From an uncultured Rhodospirillaceae bacterium (lineage in GTDB: Bacteria; Pseudomonadota; Alphaproteobacteria; UBA8366), in the NCBI GenBank assembly GCA_964408805.1, contig CAYPAV010000005.1:4476-68475 (forward strand): 64,000 nt of DNA. Reading direction: 5' to 3'. Shown piece after piece: positions 18,852 through 28,578 of this stretch. Position 1 is the first letter of the stretch, and every line of letters begins with the position of its first letter. The translations under genes and the position numbers were made by a program. Below the pieces are notes generated by a model, which was not told the DNA's origin, ran no database searches, and was given only the letters and a program-made list of their open reading frames with translations.

Positions 18852-19715
18852 TCACGAATATTGCTGGAGATGGCTCAACAGAAGTGCCGGCGTGGCGGCG
18901 GGACGCTCGTCGGTGATGAAATGGCCGACACCGGCGATTTTGTGGAAGGTGTAGGGCCCCTCGACGTGGTCCGCCGTCCAGCCCGCCGCCATCGGCCCGA
19001 CCGAGGCGTCTTCCTCGCCCCATATATAAAGTGTGGGCACAGTGATCGCCCCCAGCGGCTTCGGCGACCCGTGGGCCTTGGCCAGGTTCCCGGCCGCGGC
19101 CCGATACCAGTTGAGCGCCGCCCCCAGTGCCGCTTCGCCCCCCAGCGTCTCGAGATAGGCTTCGATCGCCTCGCTGGGCACGCGGTTGCGGGCCAGGCTT
19201 TCCCGGAGCCGCCGGGCGCCGTCCTCGAGGAGGAGACGTTCGGTCGCGGGGTCCTGAAAGGCCTTGTGATGGCGCGAGCGCTGGGCCTGGTCCGGGTCGT
19301 CCCGCATCGCCCGGCCGAAGGCGTCCGGATGCGGACGGGAAAGGACGGTCAGCGATCGAAGACGTTCCGGATACCAGGACGCCGCGACCCATGCGAGCGC
19401 ACCGCCCCAATCGTGCCCCACGAGATGAAACCGGTCGGCATCCAGCTTATCCGCAAACTGTAGGATATCGCCGACGAGATGCTTGATCGCGTAATCCCGA
19501 ACCTCGGCCGGCCGGGCCCCCGGCGAATAGCCCCGCTGATTGGGTGCCGCCGCCCGGTAGCCGGCCGCCGCCAGCGCCGGCAATTCGTGACGCCAGGCAA
19601 ACTTGCTCTGCGGGTACCCATGCAGCAGCAAGACCAGCGGCGCTCCCGCCGGCCCCGCGACGTCGACATCGAATACCAAACCATCGATGTCGATGCGCCG
19701 CGTCTCAAGGGTCAT
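18852..19715 (-). CDS. alpha/beta hydrolase (epoxide hydrolase / haloalkane dehalogenase-like, Asp nucleophile)
   Basis: LLLHGYPQSKFAWRH... and the nucleophile elbow VGHDWGG. The start is re-set to the ATG at 19715 (MTLETRRIDIDG...). Confidence 0.85.
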   Translation of the reverse strand: MTLETRRIDIDGLVFDVDVAGPAGAPLVLLLHGYPQSKFAWRHELPALAAAGYRAAAPNQRGYSPGARPAEVRDYAIKHLVGDILQFADKLDADRFHLVGHDWGGALAWVAASWYPERLRSLTVLSRPHPDAFGRAMRDDPDQAQRSRHHKAFQDPATERLLLEDGARRLRESLARNRVPSEAIEAYLETLGGEAALGAALNWYRAAAGNLAKAHGSPKPLGAITVPTLYIWGEEDASVGPMAAGWTADHVEGPYTFHKIAGVGHFITDERPAATPALLLSHLQQYS

Positions 19716-19738
19716 GGCGTTCTCCCGACGGCCAACCC

Positions 19739-20062
19739 CTACTGCACAGTTGAGCGCGAGGTCGGCACGATCCTCTGGACCACGTTGTTCGGCCGGTCGA
19801 GATAGTCGGGGACGCGGGGCGCCATATCGTTCTTCCAATAGTCGCTCTCATAGACCGCGGCATATAGTTTCTCGCGCTCGGCCTCGCTCTCGAAGCGGCG
19901 GATCCAGACATAGCAGCTTTCGTCTTCCTCGCCGCGGAAACTGCCGCAGATCACCATGCCCTTGGAGACCTGAAACGGGATGATCTCCTCCTCCATGATG
20001 CGGACCCATTCGTCCATCTTGCCGGGGAGGACCTTGTATTGCCGCAGTTCGTAGAACGCCAT
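19739..20062 (-). CDS. NIPSNAP family protein
   Basis: MAFYELRQYKVLPGKMDEWVRIMEEEIIPFQ... is a typical NIPSNAP N-terminus; the ORF is 107 aa. Confidence 0.8.
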   Translation of the reverse strand: MAFYELRQYKVLPGKMDEWVRIMEEEIIPFQVSKGMVICGSFRGEEDESCYVWIRRFESEAEREKLYAAVYESDYWKNDMAPRVPDYLDRPNNVVQRIVPTSRSTVQ

Positions 20063-20119
20063 GATTTCTCTCCTTGGTTCGGTTGGTTTAATAATTTGGT
20101 TCGTTCGGATCGGTAAACG

Positions 20120-20983
20120 TCAGGGGGCGAAGGCCTCAACGGCTCGCAGATCGGGGGTCGGCGCGCCCTCCGGATCGAGCGGCTGAATGCAGATATGGGT
20201 GGCACCGGCCTCGACATGGGCCTCGAGACGGGCGCGGATTTGGTCTTCCGTGCCCCAGGCGACCATGGCGTCGAGAAAACGCTCACTGCCGGCATCCACG
20301 AGTTCCTCTTCCGAAAAACCGAGGCGGAGCCAGTTGTTGCGATAATTGGGCAGCCGCATGTAGCGCTTCATGTTGTCGGCCGCGACCGCGCGCGCCTTGG
20401 CGGCGTCGGTCGTGAAGCAAATCTTCTGTTCGACGCAAAGCCAGCGTTCGGGCCCCAGGATCTGTTTCGCCCGGGCCGTGTGATCCGGCGTGACGTTATA
20501 GGGCAGCGCCCCTTCGGTCATATCGCGGCTGAGCGCCAACATGTTCGGCCCCAAGGCCGCCAGGACGACGTTCCGCGCCGGCGCCTCTACGGCGACATCC
20601 GCCGCCGCCATCGCTTCCAGATAGGCCCGCATCGTCGCCACCGGCTTACCGTAGACATGACCGCGCCAACCCTCCACCAAGGGCACATGCGAGACCCCGA
20701 GACCGAGAATAAACCGGTCGTCATAGAGGGCGTTCAGGGTGTTATGGCCGGCCATCGCCGATTGCGCGTCGCGGCCGTAAATGTTCGCGATACCGCTGCC
20801 GAAGCAGAGCCCTTCGGTCCGCGCCAGTAGGAAACTCCCCAGCGCAAGGCATTCGTACGACGTCGACTCCGGATACCAGAAGACATCGTAGCCGAAGCGC
20901 TCGACCGCGGCGGTAGCGTCGAGAAGCTGCGTCCGGTCGAGCCCGTTGGTCGAAATCCAAACGCCGGTCTTGCCGATTTCCAT
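20120..20983 (-). CDS. LLM-class (luciferase-like) F420/flavin-dependent oxidoreductase
   Basis: MEIGKTGVWISTNGL...FGYDVFWYPES...GLGVSHVPLVEG. The start is uncertain. The alternative ATG at 21049 has no RBS and would leave only 12 nt to the divergent gene. Confidence 0.75.
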   Translation of the reverse strand: MEIGKTGVWISTNGLDRTQLLDATAAVERFGYDVFWYPESTSYECLALGSFLLARTEGLCFGSGIANIYGRDAQSAMAGHNTLNALYDDRFILGLGVSHVPLVEGWRGHVYGKPVATMRAYLEAMAAADVAVEAPARNVVLAALGPNMLALSRDMTEGALPYNVTPDHTARAKQILGPERWLCVEQKICFTTDAAKARAVAADNMKRYMRLPNYRNNWLRLGFSEEELVDAGSERFLDAMVAWGTEDQIRARLEAHVEAGATHICIQPLDPEGAPTPDLRAVEAFAP

Positions 20984-21061
20984 TCCAGGCCTCGTCTTTT
21001 CATCCCCTTCGGTGTCGATAAGGTATTCGGCAGAAGCGGATTTCGCCATAGGTCATATCGA

Positions 21062-21685
21062 ATGATGTCCTTCGACTTCGATACGGATCTGATCGCTCGC
21101 CTGCGCCGGAACATCGTGGAATTCCGGCCGCAATCGATCGATCCCGGTACGCTGATCCACGCCGCCGTCGCGGTGACGGTGATCCCGGACGGCGACGCGG
21201 GCGCCTTTCTGTTGACCCGCCGCGCTACCACGCTCAGCGCCCACAGCGGTCAGTGGGCACTGCCGGGCGGACGCGTGGACGAGGGCGAGACGGCGATCGA
21301 AGCGGCCCTCCGGGAACTTCGCGAGGAAGTCGGCCTCGAGCTTCCGGCGGCACGGGTGCTGGGGCGGCTCGACGATTATCCGACACGCTCCGGCTATCGC
21401 ATCACGCCGATCGTCGTTTGGGCCGAAGCCGGCCAGGAGCTGGTGCCCGATCCGGCGGAGGTCGCCTCCATCCATCACATCACCCTGGCGGCGCTGGCCG
21501 ATCCCGAGACGCCGGAATTCGGCGAGATCCCGGAAAGCGACCGGCCGCTGATCCGCCTCAACATCGCCGACAGCCAAATCCACGCCCCCACCGCCGCCGT
21601 GCTATACCAGTTCCGCGAAGTGGCATTGTTCGGCCGGCACACGCGGGTCGATCATTTGGAGCAACCGGTCTGGGCGTGGCGCTAA
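21062..21685 (+). CDS. NUDIX hydrolase (CoA pyrophosphatase-like)
   Basis: Nudix box GQWALPGGRVDEGETAIEAALRELREEVGL. Confidence 0.88.
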   Translation: MMSFDFDTDLIARLRRNIVEFRPQSIDPGTLIHAAVAVTVIPDGDAGAFLLTRRATTLSAHSGQWALPGGRVDEGETAIEAALRELREEVGLELPAARVLGRLDDYPTRSGYRITPIVVWAEAGQELVPDPAEVASIHHITLAALADPETPEFGEIPESDRPLIRLNIADSQIHAPTAAVLYQFREVALFGRHTRVDHLEQPVWAWR

Positions 21686-21731
21686 AAGACGCGACGGATC
21701 GCGCGCGGGGACACGCTAGGCGTTTGAGGTA

Positions 21732-23240
21732 ATGGGTCGGGACTGGACGCTCCATCGTATTCTGCTGATCACCATGGTCCAGCTGGCGACCCTGATCTTC
21801 GGCATGACCGTGACCGTGGTCTCGATCGTCATGCCGCAGATGCAGGGGACACTCTCCGCGACCCAGGATCAGATCGCCTGGACCATCACCTTCAACCTGG
21901 TGGCGACCGCGATCGCGACCCCGTTGACGGGATGGCTCGCGGCGCGCCTTGGCTGGCGGAAGCTGATGGTGGGTTCGATCGGCGGGTTCACGCTCGCTAC
22001 GGTCTTCTGCGGGCTTTCGACCTCGCTCGAGATGCTGGTGATCTTCCGCATCCTGCAGGGCGCCTTCGGGGCGCCGCTGCTGCCGCTCGGCCAGGGCATT
22101 TTGCTCGCCAGCTTTCCCAGGCACATGCACCCCCTGGTGCTGATGCTGTGGGGGATCGGCGGGGTCGTCGGCCCGGTCTTCGGTCCCATTTTCGGCGGCA
22201 TGATCGCCGAGGCGTTCAATTGGCGCTGGGCGTTTTATTTCATCGTGCCCTTCGGCTGCCTCGCCATGGTCGGCGCCTGGATCGCGCTCGACGATGCCCA
22301 GCAGGGCGCCAAGCGTCGGATCGATTGGATCGGTTTTCTGTCGCTGGCGGCGGCGATCGGCGCCGCGACCCTGCTGCTCAATCGCGGCCAGCGCCTCGAC
22401 TGGTTCGACTCCCAGGAGATCGTCATAGAGACCTTCGTCGCGGCGATCGGGTTCTATCTCTTCATCGTCCACACGATTACCGCCGACTCGCCGTTCTTCG
22501 ATCGGGCGATCTTCCTCAACCGGAACCTCGCGGTCGGCCTCTTCATCGCCCTGATCATGGGCATGCTGGCCTATACGCCGCTGGTGATGTTTCCACCGCT
22601 GCTGAAGGATCTCGGCGGGTATCCCGAATCGATCATCGGCGAACTGATGACCTCGCGCGGCATCGGCAACTGGTTGAGCTTCCTGGTAGTGGTGCAGATG
22701 ACGCGCTACGACGCGCGCCTTTGCCTGGCGCTTGGCCTGGTGCTCCAGGCGGTCGCCGGATTGCTGATGGCGCAGTTCGACCTCAACATCTCCCCCTTCG
22801 ACGTCTTCTGGACCAACGTCCTGCACGGTTTCGGTTTCGGGCTCGCCTATACGCCGCTGGCCACCCTCGCCTTCTCGACGCTCCGCGAGCAATTGATGGT
22901 CGAGGGTTCGGCAATCTTCAATGTGATGCGGCATTTCGGCAGCGTCTTCTTCATCTCGCTCAGCATCCTCGTCCTCACCCGCACCACGGAGGTCAGCTAT
23001 AGCGGCCTCCGGAACTGGGTCTCGCCCTTCAACGAACTCTTCGGCTTTATCGAGATCACCGGCCCCTGGTCGGTCACAACGGCGGCGGGGCTCGCGGCCC
23101 TGAGCGAAGAGGCCTACCGGCAGGCGGCGATGGTCGGCTATATCAACGCCTTCTACCTCTTCGCCGCCACCGCGGCCGTCACGGTGCCCTTCGTCTGGCT
23201 GTTCAAACCGGCGGCGCCGGAACAGGAGGAGGCGGGCTGA
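21732..23240 (+). CDS. MFS transporter (DHA2/EmrB-like, multi-TM)
   Basis: Hydrophobic throughout. PLTGWLAARLGWRKLM is an MFS motif-A-like loop. The length is about 500 aa. Confidence 0.85.
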   Translation: MGRDWTLHRILLITMVQLATLIFGMTVTVVSIVMPQMQGTLSATQDQIAWTITFNLVATAIATPLTGWLAARLGWRKLMVGSIGGFTLATVFCGLSTSLEMLVIFRILQGAFGAPLLPLGQGILLASFPRHMHPLVLMLWGIGGVVGPVFGPIFGGMIAEAFNWRWAFYFIVPFGCLAMVGAWIALDDAQQGAKRRIDWIGFLSLAAAIGAATLLLNRGQRLDWFDSQEIVIETFVAAIGFYLFIVHTITADSPFFDRAIFLNRNLAVGLFIALIMGMLAYTPLVMFPPLLKDLGGYPESIIGELMTSRGIGNWLSFLVVVQMTRYDARLCLALGLVLQAVAGLLMAQFDLNISPFDVFWTNVLHGFGFGLAYTPLATLAFSTLREQLMVEGSAIFNVMRHFGSVFFISLSILVLTRTTEVSYSGLRNWVSPFNELFGFIEITGPWSVTTAAGLAALSEEAYRQAAMVGYINAFYLFAATAAVTVPFVWLFKPAAPEQEEAG

Positions 23241-23374
23241 TTTCCGCTCCGGAGCGATGGAAATTTGATCCACTCCGCCCGACGACGAACGTTCGGTTTT
23301 CGCCCAATCGACCCCGAAGATTGACTCCCTCGGCGCTTCTCCGGCACCCTATCCTATTGACGAGGGGAGGCCCG

Positions 23375-24190
23375 ATGAAGCTCGGGAGATACTTCGCCGC
23401 TGGATTGGTACTCGCCGTCGCCCTTGGTTGGACGGTGCCGGCGGATGCGGCCAAGCGGGTTGCCCTGGTCATCGGCACGGATAAGTACGCCACGCTGCCC
23501 AACCTCAACAATGCGGCGACCGATGCTAGGGGCATCGCGGCAAAGCTCAAATCGCTCGGCTTCGACGTGATCCTCCGGCGGAATGCCAGCCGCCGGGATT
23601 TTGCCCGCGCGCTCGATGATTTCGAGGGCCGGTTATCGCAAGCCGAGGTCGGGCTGGTGTTCTATGCGGGCCACGGCATTCAGGCGCAGGGCAAGAACTG
23701 GCTGATCCCCGCGGATGCGAGGGTCGAAACCGAAGCCGACCTGCGTTACGAAGGAATTTCCGCCAACGACTTTCTCGAAGCGATGGAAAGGGCCGGAACA
23801 CAGCTCAATATCGTTATTCTCGATGCCTGCCGCGACAACCCCTTGCCCAAGAGATCGCGATCGGCCGCGCGTGGGCTTGCGGTGCCGATCATCCCGGCGG
23901 GTATCAAGGGAACGGCAATCCTCTACTCCGCGGCACCCGGTCAGACGGCGCAGGACGGACCGACGGGCGGACATGGCGTGTTTACCGGTGCGTTGCTAAG
24001 GGTCTTGGACGAGCCGGGGTTGAAACTCGAAGGCGTGTTCAAGAAAACGGCCATGCAGGTCTCGGCGGCGACCAACGGCAGGCAGGACCCGTGGATCAAT
24101 TCGTCGGTGAAGGGCGATTTCTACTTCCGCGAAGCGAGCAGCCGACCTCGCGGGAAAGTCACGGCACCCACGCCCACTGGCCCCTCATAG
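23375..24190 (+). CDS. exported caspase-like peptidase (C14), paralog A; N-terminal part ends at an in-frame TAG
   Basis: The RBS gaggggagg precedes the ATG at 23375. The signal peptide reads MKLGRYFAAGLVLAVALGWTVPADA. The catalytic His is in FYAGHGIQ (codon 23672) and the Cys in ILDACRDNP (codon 23828). Confidence 0.85.
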   Translation: MKLGRYFAAGLVLAVALGWTVPADAAKRVALVIGTDKYATLPNLNNAATDARGIAAKLKSLGFDVILRRNASRRDFARALDDFEGRLSQAEVGLVFYAGHGIQAQGKNWLIPADARVETEADLRYEGISANDFLEAMERAGTQLNIVILDACRDNPLPKRSRSAARGLAVPIIPAGIKGTAILYSAAPGQTAQDGPTGGHGVFTGALLRVLDEPGLKLEGVFKKTAMQVSAATNGRQDPWINSSVKGDFYFREASSRPRGKVTAPTPTGPS

Positions 24191-24208
24191 AGCCCCGACA
24201 AGGAAACC

Positions 24209-24874
24209 GTGTTCTGGCAATCGATCAAGGACAGCAAACAAGCGGGCGATTACAAAGCCTATCTTGCTCAATTTCCGAACGGAACATTCGCCGGCTTGGC
24301 CCGGAGCCGCCTCGCGGCCTTGAAGCCGGCAAAAGTCGCGTCTCCGAAACCACCGACATCAACCCCGAAAATCCCGACCCGAACGACCGCCGCCACACAG
24401 GAAACGCTCTTCTGGCAGTCGATCAAGGGAAGCACCAATCCGGCCGACTACCAGGACTACCTCATGGCGTTCCCAAAAGGCACCTTTGCGCGCCTGGCCA
24501 GGCGGCGAATCAATGAGTTGAACCGCAAGAAGGTGGCGGTGGCCCGCCCTTCAAGACCGACTCGGTCGCGGCGGATCGAGAAACTGCGCGGCTACCACAT
24601 TTGGGTCCAGACCACGAACAAGCAACGCGGCCTGACGTACTGCCGGCAATTGAAGGAGGCCGGGCTGATCGTCTATTGCTGGGCCGGAAGAGGTTCGATA
24701 TCGGACGACAATATAATGCTCAAATGCTCAACCCTGCCGTCGGATACCGGAGAGATCATTCAGGAATTCCTGGGGGCAGGAAAACTGAGGGTGTGGGACT
24801 GGCGCAAACACAAGGATTACGGCGCCAAGGTCTGCGGCAAGTACCACGCCATCACGATCCAGACGATCAATTGA
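24209..24874 (+). CDS. C-terminal part of caspase paralog A (two FWQSI...FPxGTFAxLA modules plus a Cys-rich domain); same frame as 23375..24190
   Basis: It begins at a GTG 18 nt after the TAG, in the same frame, preceded by aaggaa. The modules at 24209-24325 and 24407-24523 match those inside paralogs B and C. Confidence 0.7.
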   Translation: MFWQSIKDSKQAGDYKAYLAQFPNGTFAGLARSRLAALKPAKVASPKPPTSTPKIPTRTTAATQETLFWQSIKGSTNPADYQDYLMAFPKGTFARLARRRINELNRKKVAVARPSRPTRSRRIEKLRGYHIWVQTTNKQRGLTYCRQLKEAGLIVYCWAGRGSISDDNIMLKCSTLPSDTGEIIQEFLGAGKLRVWDWRKHKDYGAKVCGKYHAITIQTIN

Positions 24875-24884
24875 CGGCAAATAA

Positions 24885-25631
24885 ATGACGGATTATCTGG
24901 GCTACAGGTTGGTGTTGGGCGTCCTCATCCCGGCGGTGAATACGGTCGTCCAGCCGGAATTCGACGCGTTGCGGCCGCCGGGCGTCACCAATCATACGGG
25001 GCGGTTCAGCCTTCCGAACGTCTTGATGTACGATCTCGACAGCGTGGACGAGGCGGTCGCCGCTGTTGCCTCGGCGATCACACCCGCCGTCGATACGATT
25101 CTCGCCTGCGAGCCGGACGCCATCGCGCTCGCCTATTCGACCGAATATCTTCCCGGCGGACATGCCGCCGCGACGGTGCTGCATGACGAAATCAGCGCCC
25201 GCGCAAAGGGCATGACGGTGACCGGGGCGACTTTCGCGGTTCGACGCGCGCTCGACTTGTTCGGCGCCAAGCGAGTCGCTGTTGTGACACCCTATGCGCC
25301 GCCGCAAAATGTCCATGTGAAGACGTACTTCGAGGAGAGTGGTTATTCGGTCAAGGCCGTCGAGGGCGCGCGCCGCGAGGCCGGCACGAGCGCTGCGGTC
25401 ACCAGCGAAGAGAGCATTCGCGCCGCCTTCGCGGCGGTCGACGGCGACGATGTCGACGCCTTGGTGCATGTCGGCAGCAATTTGGCCGTGCTCGACATTT
25501 GCACCGAACTCGAGACGACCCTCGGAAAACCGGTCTTCGGAGCGAACCAGGCGAATTATTGGGCGGTGCTGCGGGACAATGGAATCGAGGACCGGGTCGA
25601 GGGTCGCGGCCGTTTGCTGGCCGAGTTCTGA
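24885..25631 (+). CDS. Asp/Glu/hydantoin racemase superfamily protein (maleate isomerase / arylmalonate decarboxylase-like), paralog of 10691..11473
   Basis: LGVLIPAVNTVVQPE...RVAVVTPYAPPQNVHVKTYFEESGYSV...DALVHVGSNLAVLD...LGKPVFGANQANYWAVLRDNGIEDR. Confidence 0.75.
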   Translation: MTDYLGYRLVLGVLIPAVNTVVQPEFDALRPPGVTNHTGRFSLPNVLMYDLDSVDEAVAAVASAITPAVDTILACEPDAIALAYSTEYLPGGHAAATVLHDEISARAKGMTVTGATFAVRRALDLFGAKRVAVVTPYAPPQNVHVKTYFEESGYSVKAVEGARREAGTSAAVTSEESIRAAFAAVDGDDVDALVHVGSNLAVLDICTELETTLGKPVFGANQANYWAVLRDNGIEDRVEGRGRLLAEF

Positions 25632-25716
25632 GCCGTCCAGGCTGGCGGATCGGTTGCCGCCGCGTGCCGTATAATCGCCATCAACTCAAATGTATCCGCA
25701 TCCCGACAGGCGGCGT

Positions 25717-26619
25717 TTATCGGTCATTTTCCTCAAGATCGTGACGCCGGCGCGCCTCTCGATAGAGGATGAAGAGACCGCTGGCGATGACGATGCCCGC
25801 CCCCGCCAAGGTGTTTACACCGGGGACGTCGCCGAACATGAGAAAACCATAAAGCGTCGCCCAGATAAGCGCGAAATAGCGGAAGGGCGCAATCACGACC
25901 GCCTCGCCGTAGCGAAAGGCGGAAACCATGAAATATTGACCGATGCCCTGCAGAACACCGGTGAAGAGAAGGAGACCAAGCCCGCCCGCATCCGGCATCC
26001 GCCAGCCGAAGGGCAGGGTCGCCAGGCCGCCGATTGAAATGCAAAGCGTCGAGACGAACATGATCCCGTTGGTGGTCTCGGTCTTGGCGAGATGACGGGT
26101 TATGATGTCGCGGCCGGCGTGAACGAGAGTCGCCAGGATTGCCAGGAGGGCGGGCAAGAGAATAATCCCGCCGCCGGGCCGGATCATCACCATGACGCCG
26201 AGAAATCCGACGATCACCGCCGTCCAGCGGCGCCAGCCGACTTGTTCGCCAAGAAAACGCGGCGCCAGCGCGGTCAGGAACAGCGGCGAGGCGAACATAA
26301 TCACCGTGATATCCGCAAGCGGCATGTGCCGGATCGCGATGATGAACAGAAACGACGTCACCAGTGCCGAGAGGCCGCGGGCCAGCAACCCCCACCGGTT
26401 TGTGATGCCGAGCGCCGTGATCCCGCCACCCTTCCACACCATGAAGGCGACCGGGATGAAGACGAAGATGGAGCGGAAGAACAGGATTTCGCCCGGCGGG
26501 AATTGGCCCGTCAAATGCTTCGCCAGGCCGTCGGTGAAGGCCAGGATCGCGCCCGAGACGAGAAGGCTGAGAATGCCCTTCACCTGGCCGGTCGAGGAAA
26601 TAGCCGTCCGAATGTTCAC
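25717..26619 (-). CDS. DMT (EamA-like) family transporter
   Basis: A 300-aa ORF with about 10 hydrophobic segments and a duplicated EamA-like organisation. Confidence 0.8.
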   Translation of the reverse strand: MNIRTAISSTGQVKGILSLLVSGAILAFTDGLAKHLTGQFPPGEILFFRSIFVFIPVAFMVWKGGGITALGITNRWGLLARGLSALVTSFLFIIAIRHMPLADITVIMFASPLFLTALAPRFLGEQVGWRRWTAVIVGFLGVMVMIRPGGGIILLPALLAILATLVHAGRDIITRHLAKTETTNGIMFVSTLCISIGGLATLPFGWRMPDAGGLGLLLFTGVLQGIGQYFMVSAFRYGEAVVIAPFRYFALIWATLYGFLMFGDVPGVNTLAGAGIVIASGLFILYREARRRHDLEENDR

Positions 26620-26723
26620 AATCGTCTCGCGGCGCCGATCATCAAATTGACGGGCCGCGTCATGGACCGGCCCGTCGCGAGGACTATCCTTCCTTTAACG
26701 GCCAAGGCCAAGAAAGGAATCGC

Positions 26724-27308
26724 ATGATGACGGCGGCGGCACCTCGTATTCCCTATCTTTCCGTCGACGAGGCGAAAGCGCGCGGAGAAGACGTCGGCGT
26801 GGCTTCGTCGATGTCGCATTTGAATGTGTTTCGGGTCCTGTTGCATCATCCGGAGCTGGCCGGTGCGGTGAGCGGGCTGTTGTCGATGCTGCTCTGGAAA
26901 GCGAACCGGCTGGACACGCGGCTCCGGGAATTGTTGATCATGCGGATCGCCTGGCGCACTGGGTCGGTCTATGAATGGACCCAGCATTGGCGGGTCGCCC
27001 TCCACATCGGAATGAGCGAAGCCGACATCCTGACGGTCCGCGATTGGCAAGACGCGGAGGGATTGAGCGACGCCGACCGGGCGGTGCTGGCGGCGACCGA
27101 CGAGACACTGGACAACAGCCGTATTTCGGACGCGACCTGGGCCGCTTGCCGCGACGCGATCGGCGATGACGCGGCCATGGCCGAAATGGTGGTCGCGATC
27201 GGAAACTGGCGGATGTTTTCGGAACTGCTGCAGAGTCTTCGAATTCCGCTTGAGGATGGTATTGAACACTGGCCGCCGGACGGGTTGGCGTCGCCGGCGG
27301 CCGAGTAA
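26724..27308 (+). CDS. carboxymuconolactone decarboxylase (AhpD-like) family protein
   Basis: LRELLIMRIAWRTGSVYEWTQHWRVAL... is the CMD-family core helix pattern. Confidence 0.75.
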   Translation: MMTAAAPRIPYLSVDEAKARGEDVGVASSMSHLNVFRVLLHHPELAGAVSGLLSMLLWKANRLDTRLRELLIMRIAWRTGSVYEWTQHWRVALHIGMSEADILTVRDWQDAEGLSDADRAVLAATDETLDNSRISDATWAACRDAIGDDAAMAEMVVAIGNWRMFSELLQSLRIPLEDGIEHWPPDGLASPAAE

Positions 27309-27380
27309 GACACGAAATCTCAAAACGACGATTGGGACGACCCGACGGTGATCGGGTTCCAGGAAAATTCAGGAGGCACC

Positions 27381-28562
27381 ATGATTTCGAAATTCACCAC
27401 CGTCTATCCGGGGCATATCGACATGCCGGACCGAGGCCAGGACGCAACGCCGGCCAACGACCGGCACTTCAACAACGACGAGCTCGCCAGCGTTTTCGAG
27501 AAGTCAGAGGCGGTCGCGAAAACCATGGACGAGACGGGCTGGCATTCGTTGTGGTTCGCGGAGCACCACTTCCAGCGGGAAGGCTACGAGGTCATTCCCA
27601 ACATCCTGATGCTGGCGGTGCATCTCGCCCATATGACCGAGCGGCTGAAATTCGGCTGCGGGTTCAATATCTGCCCGATGTGGCATCCGCTGCGCCTCGC
27701 CGAGGATTTCGCCACCGCCGACATCATGACCAAGGGACGCACCATCTTCGGCGTCGGCCGCGGCTATCATACCCGCGAGGTCGAGACCTTCGGTGCGCCG
27801 ATGCAGGACGGTGATGCGAACCGCGAGCTTTTCGAGGAACAGGTGGAGATCATCTTCAAGGCCTTCAACGAGGAGGCCTTCTCGCACAAGGGCAAGCATT
27901 ACACCCTGCCGCCCGAAGTGCCCTATCGCGGTTACGATTTGAAGGAAATCACCCTGGTGCCGCGCCCCGTGAACCGGCCCGTCGAGTGCTGGCAGCCGGT
28001 CGTCAGCGCCAGTCCCCGCGGGCTCGATTTCATGATGAAAAACGGTATCCGGGGCTTCGTCGGCGGCGGTGCCGCGACAATGGAAGAGGGGCCGATCAGG
28101 GCGTTCCAGGCTGCCGCCGGCCGGGTTGGCCGCGATCTGGCGCTTGGCGAGGATATTTGCATCGGCATCCATTTCTACGTCGCCGAGACACGCGAGCAGG
28201 CGATCCGGGAGATCACGCCCTACTTCGAGGAACACGCCAAGATGTTCGCGACACTCGGCTTCCTGCCGGGCATGACCCCGGAACAGGTCGCAGCGGTCTC
28301 GAAGCGCGGCGGCTGGGATGGCGCCGGCGTGCCCACGGTCGAACACTACATGGAGGGCGGCTCCTGGTTCGCCGGCACAAGCGACGACCTGATCGAGTAT
28401 TTGAAGGGCCTCGAGGAGAAGTTCCCGGGCCTCGAATACATCAACCTCAGCACGCCCATGACGACACCGAAGACCAAGATGCTGGAGCTCTTCCAGCAGG
28501 TCTCGGAGGACGTGATGCCGCATTTCGGCGGCGGCGCCAAATTGGCGGCGACGGGGGACTGA
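27381..28562 (+). CDS. LLM-class flavin-dependent oxidoreductase (luciferase-like monooxygenase)
   Basis: GWHSLWFAEHHFQREGYEVIPN...GRTIFGVGRGYH. The start is re-set to the ATG at 27381, after aggagg. Confidence 0.85.
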   Translation: MISKFTTVYPGHIDMPDRGQDATPANDRHFNNDELASVFEKSEAVAKTMDETGWHSLWFAEHHFQREGYEVIPNILMLAVHLAHMTERLKFGCGFNICPMWHPLRLAEDFATADIMTKGRTIFGVGRGYHTREVETFGAPMQDGDANRELFEEQVEIIFKAFNEEAFSHKGKHYTLPPEVPYRGYDLKEITLVPRPVNRPVECWQPVVSASPRGLDFMMKNGIRGFVGGGAATMEEGPIRAFQAAAGRVGRDLALGEDICIGIHFYVAETREQAIREITPYFEEHAKMFATLGFLPGMTPEQVAAVSKRGGWDGAGVPTVEHYMEGGSWFAGTSDDLIEYLKGLEEKFPGLEYINLSTPMTTPKTKMLELFQQVSEDVMPHFGGGAKLAATGD

Positions 28563-28578
28563 CGCGGAAGTAACGACG

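Noticed and set aside
16695-19463. The longest ORF in the track (922 aa, + strand).
   Set aside because: It runs antisense to three well-supported minus-strand genes: NMO, the TPP enzyme and an alpha/beta hydrolase. Its product is Arg/Gly/Pro/His-rich with no recognisable motif. This is a typical shadow ORF of high-GC DNA.
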